Notes: generated from the sequence alone by a model not told the origin. Positions 1 to 8,629 are shown, counted from the first letter of the stretch. The stretch: DNA of 20,237 nucleotides from Candidatus Thorarchaeota archaeon (GCA_016933575.1 JAFGAR010000052.1:1-20237), one strand, 5' to 3'. Translations and numbers: made by a program.

Positions 1-2508
1 CTTGAGCAAATCACTCATGAGATAGTAGTTCGGATCATCGATCTTCTCCATTTTGGGGTATTCGTAATCCGGGTAGAGTTTAGTTGGAGCATAGATGACT
101 TTTTTCACCTTCGTTTTCGGCTTCACCTGATTGACTCGTTCTATCCTTCTGTAGGAACAGACGACGACCTCTACGCCACTTTCTTTCAGCTCATACTCCA
201 AATCATCAGCCTTGTGTAGGATACTCAAAGGCACATGTATCGCACCAATCTTCATAGCAGCATAGTCTGCAATGATGAACTCAGGGCATGACGGCAATAC
301 TGTCGCAACCTTGTCGCCTTTCTCCACACCTAATGCAATAAATGCTGAAGCGAGTCTATCTACTCGATCTTTCAGCTCAGGATATGTCATCTCCTCATCA
401 ACATACTCACACGCGATAACATCTGGAAACTCTCGTGCTGTATCTTCCAAGAAGCTGTAGATGTTTATCTCGGGATATGGCTTCATCGTATAGGATAGCT
501 TGAATGGTCCAATGAAATACTTGTCAAACCAGGGCTTATCACTAGCTGATGCTTTCCTCGCCTCAGCAACTTGCTTACGCTCAACTTCTTGTAGATCCTT
601 CACCTTCTTTCTAACGACTTCTTGAATTGGTGCTATATCTCCGTGTATAACATCTACTAGCCATTCCAAATCAAGCTCCTCCAGCTTCTCGATGGTGGGC
701 CTCCCATACTCATCCCATCCTCGATACTGGTAATATGCATCCAAGAGGATGTCAAGATCCACAACCTGTCCCTCTGCAGGACCTTCAGGCAATGGGTCCT
801 CAAGCAATCTAGGTGGAAGGGTATCATCAGCGCGCGTGAATCCCTCTCGTATGAGATATGCACGTTCAAGGTTGTAGATGCGCTCTCCTGTCCTTCGGAA
901 CTCGTCAGCAGTCATATCGATACCCATCAAGCTAGACATCAGTCCTGCCCAGTCGTCCGCTGTGAGCACCATTCCCATGAACTTGCATCCACCAATCGCA
1001 TCGAAATTGCCCAATGAGTCCTCAAAGTTCTTCACAATCAAGGCGGTCTCAGGTATCTCTCGTAAGGGATCTCCAACATCTGCCTCTTCTACTATCATGA
1101 AGGGCATGTTGAGAAAAGCTGGACCTTCAATATATGCGGTGATATGGTCTCCACCACGATTAGCAACAGCGTATGCGAGACCTGTCACCTTTGCTGCTCT
1201 GCTATCATAACCCGGCAACTCGAGACCCTTGACATGCATAGCGAAATGCTCTGAGCCCTGTCCAAGCTTCTGGGACATCCTCATGGTACCTTCGGCCAAG
1301 AGATCTCCTATCCCCTCTCGCTTTGCTATCTTCTCTATGATATCTACAATGAGTTGGGCATTTCCCCATGAGAAGTCCAGACCATCAACATCCTCAGGTT
1401 TCAGGATTCCACGCTGATAGCATTCCATGGCAAATGCCACTGAGCTACCGGCAGAGATCGTATCTAGTCCATACTCATTACAGAGGAAATGTGCGAGTGT
1501 GATGGCTTCCAGATTATCTATGCCACACATCGTTCCAAATGAGCTGATCGATTCGTACTCAGGTCCCTCTCCTTTGCTCTTGAAGGGTCCCGCCTTGATC
1601 TCTGCTATTCTCCCACAATGTATCGGGCATGCAAAGCAAGGCTTTCTCTTCACCAGTATCTTCTCATTGATGGCAGTTCCATTGATAGCCTCTGCATTCT
1701 CAAATACGCCAGTTTGCCAATTCTTGGTGGGGATTCCACCTTTCACATTGACAAGGTCGACCATCGTCGCTGTTCCATAGACCTCGAGTGTCATCTTCAG
1801 GATACTCTGGTTCACCCAATCAAATCTCTGCTTAGCCTCCTCTCGATATCTCTCTGGGTCTGCGATAGGGATTTGCAATGTCCCTCTCGATGCAATCGCT
1901 TTGAGGTTCTTCGAGCCCATCACTGCACCAACCCCGCACCTACCTGCTGCCCGTCCCCAGTTCTCCTCATCGCAGTCATTCATGATGGCCGCATACTTGA
2001 CGAGATTCTCTCCCGCAATGCCAATGCAGGCTACATTGAATGTTGACCCGTGTTTCTCCTTCAAGATTCTGGTAGTTTCAGATGTATTCATCCCCCAGAG
2101 TTTTCCTGCATCAAGGAGCTCTGCCTTTCCATCATCCGTAAGAAGGTATACTGGTCTGGGTGAAACTCCCTCGAATATCACACCGTCAAATCCTGAGCGT
2201 TTGAAATCCCGTCCCCAGAATCCTGCTGAGTTCGCTTGTCCCCATCCATTCGTGAGAGGTGCCTTCGTCACAACACTATAGCGGCCTGTGCTAGGAGACT
2301 GCGTTCCAGTGAGTGGCCCTGTCATGAAGATGAGTTTGTTCTCGGGTCCTAGTGGGTCGATTCCGGGTTCAGTTTCATCAAAGAGATATTTCGTTGCCAA
2401 TCCTGACCCGCCGAGATATTTTCTCAGGGTTTCATCATCAGGAAACTCTTCACTGATGGAACTAGTTGTAAGATTCACTCTCAGGATTTTTCCCATGTAT
2501 CCATGCAT
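1..2508 (-). CDS. aor: Fusion of tungsten aldehyde:ferredoxin oxidoreductase (about 2508-661, ~616 aa) with a FadD-like AMP-dependent acyl-CoA ligase (540->1, first 180 aa visible); 3'-partial, 836 codons in window
   Basis: Manual translation from ATG 2508: MHGYMGKILRVNLTT..LRKYLGGSGLA; CFACPIHC; EGPEYE; NEYGLDTIS; ANRGGDH; DAIGGCKF; typical AOR end GWDEYGRPTIEKLEELDLEW. It continues with no stop (720->1 read manually) into KPWFDKY..PYPEINIYSFLEDTAREFPD..MTYPELKDRVDRLASAFIALGVEKGDKVATVLPSCPEFIIADYAAMKIGAIHVPLS, a long-chain acyl-CoA ligase N-terminus. Its absence from the ORF track is consistent with no stop inside the window. Confidence 0.93.
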   Translation of the reverse strand, partial: MHGYMGKILRVNLTTSSISEEFPDDETLRKYLGGSGLATKYLFDETEPGIDPLGPENKLIFMTGPLTGTQSPSTGRYSVVTKAPLTNGWGQANSAGFWGRDFKRSGFDGVIFEGVSPRPVYLLTDDGKAELLDAGKLWGMNTSETTRILKEKHGSTFNVACIGIAGENLVKYAAIMNDCDEENWGRAAGRCGVGAVMGSKNLKAIASRGTLQIPIADPERYREEAKQRFDWVNQSILKMTLEVYGTATMVDLVNVKGGIPTKNWQTGVFENAEAINGTAINEKILVKRKPCFACPIHCGRIAEIKAGPFKSKGEGPEYESISSFGTMCGIDNLEAITLAHFLCNEYGLDTISAGSSVAFAMECYQRGILKPEDVDGLDFSWGNAQLIVDIIEKIAKREGIGDLLAEGTMRMSQKLGQGSEHFAMHVKGLELPGYDSRAAKVTGLAYAVANRGGDHITAYIEGPAFLNMPFMIVEEADVGDPLREIPETALIVKNFEDSLGNFDAIGGCKFMGMVLTADDWAGLMSSLMGIDMTADEFRRTGERIYNLERAYLIREGFTRADDTLPPRLLEDPLPEGPAEGQVVDLDILLDAYYQYRGWDEYGRPTIEKLEELDLEWLVDVIHGDIAPIQEVVRKKVKDLQEVERKQVAEARKASASDKPWFDKYFIGPFKLSYTMKPYPEINIYSFLEDTAREFPDVIACEYVDEEMTYPELKDRVDRLASAFIALGVEKGDKVATVLPSCPEFIIADYAAMKIGAIHVPLSILHKADDLEYELKESGVEVVVCSYRRIERVNQVKPKTKVKKVIYAPTKLYPDYEYPKMEKIDDPNYYLMSDLLK

Positions 2509-2548
2509 TTCTCGAAGGACCCCTAATCCCATAACTGTGTCTGTACGG

Positions 2549-2556
2549 TTTTATAA
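2549..2556. promoter_or_regulatory. Candidate bidirectional TATA box between aor fusion and moaD
   Basis: TTTTATAA on + and TTATAAAA on -, in the 81-bp divergent gap, about 35-40 bp from each start; GGTGA SD at 2581-2585 before the moaD TTG. Confidence 0.5.
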
Positions 2557-2589
2557 GCGTGCTGTCTGGATATTGAGCAAGGTGATTGA

Positions 2590-2871
2590 TTGAGAATCAC
2601 GGTCAAGTTCTATGCATACCTCCGAGACCAAATCGGTGGTCACTCTGTGCTAGAACTCGACATGGATGAACCAGCCAAGGTTTCTCAAGTTCTTGACAAG
2701 ATATGTGAGAACTCCAAGATACGGGCGGCAATCATGGGTAAGAATAATGAGATGAAGGATGAGATAACCCTTCTGAAGAATGGCCGGGAGATTAAATTCT
2801 TGGATGGTCTAGACACAATCCTTGAACAGGGGGATGTCATAGCAGTCTTTCCGTTAGTTGCAGGTGGTTGA
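2590..2871 (+). CDS. moaD: MoaD/ThiS-family ubiquitin-like sulfur carrier (SAMP-like)
   Basis: 93 aa; VKFYAYLRD N-terminus, LKNGREI..GLDTILEQGDVIAVFPLVAGG with C-terminal GG; adjacent to a pterin-dependent AOR. Confidence 0.9.
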   Translation: MRITVKFYAYLRDQIGGHSVLELDMDEPAKVSQVLDKICENSKIRAAIMGKNNEMKDEITLLKNGREIKFLDGLDTILEQGDVIAVFPLVAGG

Positions 2872-2939
2872 AACCATTTATCTAGCTGTTCTCCTTCATA
2901 TGTTGAGATGAATTCCTGAGTTGAAGGAGAGGTTAGATA

Positions 2940-3389
2940 ATGGCGGAACTATTTTCACCAGAGTGGTTAGAGCTCTATGAAGTAGCTTTGAATAAGAATG
3001 ATGCTTATGCAAAGGCAGCATCTTGGTGGACTGGGGACTTTGTTTTCATTGTAAGAGCCAGTGGGAAGCTAGTTCATGACATCTTTGCCTTTGTCGGATT
3101 GAAACATGGCAAATGCACGGGTGTCAAAGCAATCTCTGGAGAAAGTGACTATGAAGTGGTCGCTGAGGGAGAAAGCGCAAGTGATACCAAGAAGCTTGGT
3201 GCCGAGTACACGTACGAGGCGAGCTATGACACATGGATCTCGATACTAAAGGGTGAACTCGATCCAATCCGTGGACTATTGAGTGGTAAGGCAAAGATCC
3301 AAGGGAATATGGCCAAGGTCCTCAAGGCAACAGATGCCGCCAAGGAATTGGTTCGAACCGCTGGTATGATTGATACAGATTACTTCTAG
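2940..3389 (+). CDS. SCP2 sterol/lipid-binding domain protein
   Basis: FSPEWL..LNKNDAYAKAASWW and ASYDTWISILKGELDPIRGLLSGKAKIQGNMAKVLK match the prokaryotic SCP2 pattern; SD-like GAAGGAGAGG upstream. Confidence 0.85.
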   Translation: MAELFSPEWLELYEVALNKNDAYAKAASWWTGDFVFIVRASGKLVHDIFAFVGLKHGKCTGVKAISGESDYEVVAEGESASDTKKLGAEYTYEASYDTWISILKGELDPIRGLLSGKAKIQGNMAKVLKATDAAKELVRTAGMIDTDYF

Positions 3390-3408
3390 AATCACAAGGT
3401 GGATAGCA

Positions 3409-3822
3409 ATGGATGAATCAGCGCAAGAGACCTTATTCTTGACCTTCAAGACGGTCATCGATGATGTTATCGCAGATAAACGGAGGATTCCTGAGAATGC
3501 CAAGATACTTGATGAGTTCGAGGCAAGAATCAATCTGGGATTGCACGTTGAGGAGGATTTCGTCCTCTGGCTAAATCTGGTCGCTCATGATGGTGTATAC
3601 ACTCTGAATAAAGGGAAGTTGGATGAATATGACCTAGAACTAATATCAGACCCAGAGGATCTGATGTACTTCACGAATGGTGAGTATTCTACGGCTAAGA
3701 TGATGACAGGTAAAAATCGATTTGGGAAAAGGCGACTACGCTATAAAGGTGGAACAACTGGTCGTAATATGGGGAAGCTATTGAAGCTTCCAAAGATCCT
3801 TGTCTTGGATAGGAGAATATAG
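3409..3822 (+). CDS. Divergent SCP2-like protein (137 aa)
   Basis: ATG 3409 preferred over track start 3370 (AAGGTGG SD, no overlap with upstream gene). YTLNKGKLDEYDLELISDPEDLMYFTNGEYSTAKMMTG resembles the SCP2 core. Confidence 0.6.
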   Translation: MDESAQETLFLTFKTVIDDVIADKRRIPENAKILDEFEARINLGLHVEEDFVLWLNLVAHDGVYTLNKGKLDEYDLELISDPEDLMYFTNGEYSTAKMMTGKNRFGKRRLRYKGGTTGRNMGKLLKLPKILVLDRRI

Positions 3823-3992
3823 CATACGAATACTTCTTCGTAAGATTACTCTTGTGAGTGTTATCATTACTTCGTCAAAGAGTTGTTTCGTTTCTTCATA
3901 ATTGATTCCTTCTTTGCCGCGCGCAGAAAAATACATTGTCCTTCACCATAGACAATACTATTTAAGATGCAGACCGAGGCCGAGAATCCAAG

Positions 3993-5336
3993 TTGAGCTT
4001 CTTACACTATTCCAGACTAAAAGGAAGAGAATTCACTGGACTTTCTACATTTCAGGTCCTTTCATACTTCAGACGCTCCATTGTCTATACATTCTTGTCC
4101 ATATACCTTAGGTCTCTGGGACTCTCAACCACTGAAGTCACCTTGATGGCGACTGTAGGAATGATAGCCAATGCTGGCACACAATCGCTCCTGTGGGGGA
4201 ATGCTCTTGATAGATACAGACGACCCACTGAATTCGTCGCACTAGGAGAGTTCCTCGCTGGCTTTGGCCACATATTCATGGTCTTCGGGTACCAGTTCTT
4301 CCTTGTATCGAGTCAGCCTATCAGCGCAGGTTACATTATCATCATCAGTCTGGGAATCATCGAGGTATTCTGGAGCATGTCCAATGTTGGTTGGTCTGCT
4401 CTTCTCTCTGAACTCACAGATCTCGATGAGCGCAAGAGGATCATGGGTCAGCTCTCAATCATTGGCGGCTTTGGTGGTATCGGTGGCGCATATCTAGGTG
4501 GATTCCTCTTCGATAATGGTGTAGGTTTTGCGAACGGTAGCATCTTCTTCATCGCCGCGGTAGTGATGATTCTCTCAAGCTTTATTGTATACTATTCAAT
4601 TAGAATGGGAAGAGAATCCGATTCGATAGGTACTGGTGAATCTGGGTCAAATGGAAACAAGCCATTAAGTGATCTACCGTCAGTATTGCGACGGGGCTAT
4701 CTCCTTTTCATTGCGGCCTTGGTCCTCATCAATTTTGGAAGGAACTCCATTGCCATCATATCAAGTCTCTTTCTGGCAGATCCGACTGGCTTTGGAGCGG
4801 ATGGTGAGCAGATCGCACTCTATAGCAATATTGGCAGTATCGCATCAATGCTTGCTGGATTGATAGTCGGTTCGATCATAGCAAAGGCAGAAGATAACAA
4901 GGTTATGGCATTTGGAGTCACATTGTCGATGCTAGCGATCACATGGCTTATCTTTGCACCGACCTTCATATTGGTACTCATCTCATCGTTCCTTATTGGC
5001 TCCTCTCACGTTGTGATAGAGTCATCAAGCTATTCGATCGTTGCGAGAATGGCACCAGAGGAGTATAGAGGACGTCTATTCGCCTATTACAATGCGACCT
5101 TCTTTCTCAGCTGGGGTATTGCTGCGACGTTGATTGCCGGTCCTATTGCAGACATCCTCATCTCCCAAGGCTTTAGCAATGCTGATGGCTATCGTGGGAG
5201 CTTTGTAGCAGCCATAGCTCTGATCATACTCGGTTTCATAGTCCTAGCAAGGTCCTATCTCTATTCAAAGAAGAATGGACTGCTGAATGATGCAACTGAT
5301 GATATTGTTCTCATTGATGAGGTTGGAAATGAGTAG
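3993..5336 (+). CDS. Major facilitator superfamily transporter
   Basis: 447 aa, about 12 hydrophobic segments in two halves, motif-A-like WGNALDRYRR, APEEYRGRLFAYY; TATTTAAG at 3959-3966 suggests a leaderless TTG start. Confidence 0.9.
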   Translation: MSFLHYSRLKGREFTGLSTFQVLSYFRRSIVYTFLSIYLRSLGLSTTEVTLMATVGMIANAGTQSLLWGNALDRYRRPTEFVALGEFLAGFGHIFMVFGYQFFLVSSQPISAGYIIIISLGIIEVFWSMSNVGWSALLSELTDLDERKRIMGQLSIIGGFGGIGGAYLGGFLFDNGVGFANGSIFFIAAVVMILSSFIVYYSIRMGRESDSIGTGESGSNGNKPLSDLPSVLRRGYLLFIAALVLINFGRNSIAIISSLFLADPTGFGADGEQIALYSNIGSIASMLAGLIVGSIIAKAEDNKVMAFGVTLSMLAITWLIFAPTFILVLISSFLIGSSHVVIESSSYSIVARMAPEEYRGRLFAYYNATFFLSWGIAATLIAGPIADILISQGFSNADGYRGSFVAAIALIILGFIVLARSYLYSKKNGLLNDATDDIVLIDEVGNE

Positions 5337-5365
5337 GATTCTGAAGATTGAATACTTCATTAGAT

Positions 5366-5926
5366 TCACTTCAGAGATTTTGTGATCTCCTCTGGATGCA
5401 AAGGTATGTTGCTGAGAACAGGGGATTCGTTCCCGATCATTGCAGGCAATGCATAGAGCTGGGTTGCTTGAAGGAGCTGCTCCAGCTTCACTCTGACACC
5501 TTCAGTGGATTCGTCAATCATAATCGGCTCAATGCTCTTAATGTCAAAACCATCTAGCAGCTTTGGATAGTTCAAAATTCTCGCAGATGTCTTTTGATGT
5601 CCTGTTGTTGCATATTCGTTGTTGTCTAGTATCAATATCTTCATGTTCTTCGGGTTGACGAATGAACAAGTAGCCAATGCTCCGAGTCCCATTAGTAGAT
5701 TTCCATCTCCCACGATGACGAGAACTTGTTTCTCTGGCTTCGCCACCGCAACACCTAACCCAATGGAGATCGGTAGTCCCATACTTCCTCTGAGATATAT
5801 TTGTGGCCTCGGTAGGTAGTGATAGACTTGTCTGCTGATGTTGCCATTGCTACTCACGATGAGCTCTTCTCCAGTAAGGATATGAGCCAACTCTTGGAGA
5901 ATCTCAAAGCCATGCATTAAGATCAT
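5366..5926 (-). CDS. comE: ThDP-dependent decarboxylase beta subunit (ComE / phosphonopyruvate decarboxylase C-half like)
   Basis: GSMG, GDGNLLMGLG, LDNNEYATTGHQKT ThDP/Mg-binding motif; ATGA overlap with the upstream alpha subunit at 5923-5926. Substrate uncertain. Confidence 0.75.
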   Translation of the reverse strand: MILMHGFEILQELAHILTGEELIVSSNGNISRQVYHYLPRPQIYLRGSMGLPISIGLGVAVAKPEKQVLVIVGDGNLLMGLGALATCSFVNPKNMKILILDNNEYATTGHQKTSARILNYPKLLDGFDIKSIEPIMIDESTEGVRVKLEQLLQATQLYALPAMIGNESPVLSNIPLHPEEITKSLK

Positions 5927-6414
5927 AACACCCCCTGCTTGACTAGGAGAGCAACTGGCCGAGAGGTCTCATTCATCTTCGAAAGCGATTCCTTCATGAC
6001 ATCCTGCCATTCTTCTTCAGAGAGTATCCAATATGGGACCTGATAGGCATCAAGGGTTTCTTCAGTTATGTTTCCCATGATAGAATGCTCCGGAAAGTCG
6101 CGATCAGGTTCAAGTCCTCGCCAGCTAACTATCAACAGCATCGGTAGCTTGTAGAGTTGCGCCAGAGAAGTGAGTGCATCTCCAATGGTGGCAAATCCTG
6201 AGTTCTGCATTATCACAAAGGCCCTTTTCCCTCCGAAAGCGACTCCTGATGCGATCCCAACTGCTTCATCCTCTCTTGTCGCTGGAATATACGATATCTC
6301 TTGTTGATTCGCAAGTGCATCAATGAGTCTGGCAAAATAGGAGCAGGGAACGCCAGATCCGAATGTGAAGTCATGGCACTTGAGAGTTGCCAGAAAATCT
6401 GAAGAGGCTATCAT
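5923..6414 (-). CDS. comD: ThDP-dependent decarboxylase alpha subunit (ComD / phosphonopyruvate decarboxylase N-half like)
   Basis: GVPCS, TREDEAVGIASG, MQNSG, SWRG..DFPEHSIMG PYR-domain motifs; 163 aa. Substrate uncertain. Confidence 0.75.
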   Translation of the reverse strand: MIASSDFLATLKCHDFTFGSGVPCSYFARLIDALANQQEISYIPATREDEAVGIASGVAFGGKRAFVIMQNSGFATIGDALTSLAQLYKLPMLLIVSWRGLEPDRDFPEHSIMGNITEETLDAYQVPYWILSEEEWQDVMKESLSKMNETSRPVALLVKQGVL

Positions 6415-6487
6415 GATTTCGCCGCAGATTTTTCCCTCCTTAAATGTAATGTGCTGAAGAAAGGGAATACATCAAATTACATCAACC

Positions 6488-6512
6488 TAATAATTTAAAT
6501 ATAGTTAATTTG
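6488..6512. promoter_or_regulatory. AT-rich divergent promoter region with TATA-like TTTAAATA
   Basis: TAATAATTTAAATATAGTTAATTT between the divergent comD-like and methyltransferase genes. Confidence 0.35.
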
Positions 6513-6569
6513 AATATTCTACGGCTCCTAGTCGTGAGCCTCTAGTTCTTATTTGAAATTGCCAAGGAA

Positions 6570-7196
6570 ATGATGCCAGTGAATATATTCAAGACAGTTC
6601 AGCAGAGCTATGATAGAATGGGAGCAACCTATCATAGATTTAGAGACAATGAGAAATTCCGAGGCGAGCTGGAGAGATTCTCTACACTGCTTCCACCTTC
6701 AGGTAGAGTCCTTGATGCAGGCTGTGGTGTCGGAACGCCAACATCTGAATTTCTGGTCAGAAGAGGATTCGATGTCACCGGTGTGGATATCTCCCAGAAG
6801 ATGATCGACCTTGCCAGAGTAAATGTTCCTGATGCGACTTTCTATCAGCAGAACCTTCTAGATCTGGACTTTCCTGATTCCTCCTTTGACGGTGTTATCT
6901 GTGTGTACACCCTGTGGCATATACCGCGCAGCAACCATCAAGCAATACTGCAGAAGTTCCATCGTGTACTCAAGAGCGATGGAATCCTTGTGATAAACAC
7001 AGGCACATCAGAATCAGAAGGGATGAGTGAATTCTTCGGAGAGCCTATGCTGTGGAGTACTAATGATCCGAAGGATACTCTCGCTGTGATTCAGAATCTA
7101 GGCTTTGATGTCTTGTTCGAGGGGATTCTCAAGCTTGGAGGTGAACGACAGTATTGGGTGTTTGCCAAGAAGACTTCAGAGACATTCGCTGAATAG
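6570..7196 (+). CDS. Class I SAM-dependent methyltransferase
   Basis: Motif I RVLDAGCGVG, VTGVDISQKMI, FPDSSFDGVIC, LKSDGILVI. Confidence 0.92.
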   Translation: MMPVNIFKTVQQSYDRMGATYHRFRDNEKFRGELERFSTLLPPSGRVLDAGCGVGTPTSEFLVRRGFDVTGVDISQKMIDLARVNVPDATFYQQNLLDLDFPDSSFDGVICVYTLWHIPRSNHQAILQKFHRVLKSDGILVINTGTSESEGMSEFFGEPMLWSTNDPKDTLAVIQNLGFDVLFEGILKLGGERQYWVFAKKTSETFAE

Positions 7197-7392
7197 CATG
7201 ATTGGCACTGATCTCTGCTTTATTTTCAATAGCGCCTGAATAACTTGAATCAAGAAGCTCACATGACAAAAGAAGTACAGCTGTTGATATCATTCGCAGA
7301 TTGTGATTATTCCACCTTATGCCATCTTGCGTCAATGTACTGAGTTTAATAATGTTGCAACATTCGTATATTGATTCAAGAGATGATGATCG

Positions 7393-8322
7393 ATGAAAAG
7401 GAGACCGAAAGCATCTCATTGTCGTAGAGTACTTAGTATCGCAATGCTCTTCCTTCTGAGTCTATCCTCTTTCTCGCTGCGAGCGATTGACGCTCAGCCA
7501 GGAATTACTGACCTCTCTGGAGTAAATGTAGCCATATACAAGGGAATTGGTGTGATGCCTTCGAGTCGCAATGCTCTCAATCGGATGTTCGGGTGGATGA
7601 ACGCGACGGTCGCAAACATGACAGCATCGCAGATCAAGAATGGGTCTCTTAGTGATTTCGATATCCTTGTTGTGCCAGGAGGATCCGAAAGCACAGCGAA
7701 CAGTGAGCTTGATTCGGACGGAAAGCAGATGATCAAGGATTTCGTTGCTCAAGGCGGCTCATATTTCGGGATTTGTGGCGGTGCCACCTTCGGAGCACAA
7801 TACTTGCGCTTCTTCAGGGGTCAGATGGCAGTCGTGTCTGAGCCTGGCTCTATCATGCACATGACTCCCATGCATATTGATCGGAACTGCTCGGGACCGG
7901 ACCTCTCTGGTTGCCCGGAGAATATCTCGGTCATGTACTACAATTCTCAATACTTCATCCCGACTCCTGGGTATGACATTCATACCATAGCATCCTATGA
8001 CCACAATGATCGACCTGGGATGATAGCGCTCAAGGATAATAATGGAACGGTCTTTCTCTCAAGCCCACATGCAGAGTATGAGGAAGATGACGACAGGGAT
8101 GACACGAACTTCGCTGACGACTTTGAAGATCCGGAATCAGAATGGGATCTCCTTTTCCAAGTTTCAAAGTGGCTTATCGAAGCTTCCTATGTCGAACCTA
8201 CTGATTCGACTACAACATCTGATCTTTCTGATTTCGACCTGTCGCTGACCATTGCTGCAACTGTTTGTTGTGCGGTTGTGGGATTGGTAGGTGTTATTCT
8301 CTATAAGACTAAGTACAAATGA
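7393..8322 (+). CDS. Secreted, membrane-anchored BPL_N / class I glutamine amidotransferase-like protein
   Basis: Basic plus hydrophobic signal peptide; DILVVPGG, GGSYFGICGGA (nucleophile Cys at 7774), LSSPHAE (His-x-Glu at 8068-8076); S/T linker, C-terminal TM and KTKYK tail. Confidence 0.8.
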   Translation: MKRRPKASHCRRVLSIAMLFLLSLSSFSLRAIDAQPGITDLSGVNVAIYKGIGVMPSSRNALNRMFGWMNATVANMTASQIKNGSLSDFDILVVPGGSESTANSELDSDGKQMIKDFVAQGGSYFGICGGATFGAQYLRFFRGQMAVVSEPGSIMHMTPMHIDRNCSGPDLSGCPENISVMYYNSQYFIPTPGYDIHTIASYDHNDRPGMIALKDNNGTVFLSSPHAEYEEDDDRDDTNFADDFEDPESEWDLLFQVSKWLIEASYVEPTDSTTTSDLSDFDLSLTIAATVCCAVVGLVGVILYKTKYK

Positions 8323-8347
8323 AGAGTATCATTTACAAGGCTCGCTT

Positions 8348-8629
8348 CTATAGCCGGCTTAGAGCATCCTCGATTTCTGCAAGGAACTCCGGATGCTTCT
8401 TAGCCTTATCTTTTGCTTTCTTGAATGCATTCTTCGCATCCTTCTGTTTCCCTCTCGCAAGGTGAATCTTTCCAAGATAGAATAACGCTGCTGGATGACT
8501 CGAATCTAGGTATTTCTTTGAAATACTCTGTCTGGGATCTCCTGCGATGCAGTCCTTTACCAGACTTGCAGAACTCATGCAAACGGTCTTTGGATTAATT
8601 TGACTGGCATCTTTCGATTGATGATGCAA
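8348..8629 (-). pseudogene. Probable remnant of a TPR protein C-terminus
   Basis: Only LDSSHPAALFYLGKIHLARGKQKDAKNAFKKA..EIEDALSRL is TPR-like. The ORF's N-terminal ~40 aa look non-coding, and an adjacent frame gives EYFKEI just upstream, suggesting a frameshift near 8510. Confidence 0.45.

Noticed and set aside
1-660. Acyl-CoA ligase as a separate gene
   Set aside because: No in-frame stop after the AOR domain, and the next Met lies downstream of the conserved KPW ligase N-terminus.
272-2593. Series of + strand ORFs of 62-142 aa, and the - strand ORF 657-869
   Set aside because: Antisense or alternate-frame shadows of the AOR-ligase gene; no recognisable motifs.
3370-3408. Track start for the second SCP2-like ORF
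   Set aside because: Overlaps the upstream gene; ATG 3409 has an SD-like AAGGTGG.
3276-8248. Short alternate-frame and antisense ORFs (e.g. 3902-4111, 5348-5557, 7129-7419, 7462-7752)
   Set aside because: Overlap well-supported genes and lack protein-like motifs.
7393-8322. Biotin-protein ligase
   Set aside because: Only the GATase-like N-domain is present; there is no ligase catalytic domain and the protein appears exported.
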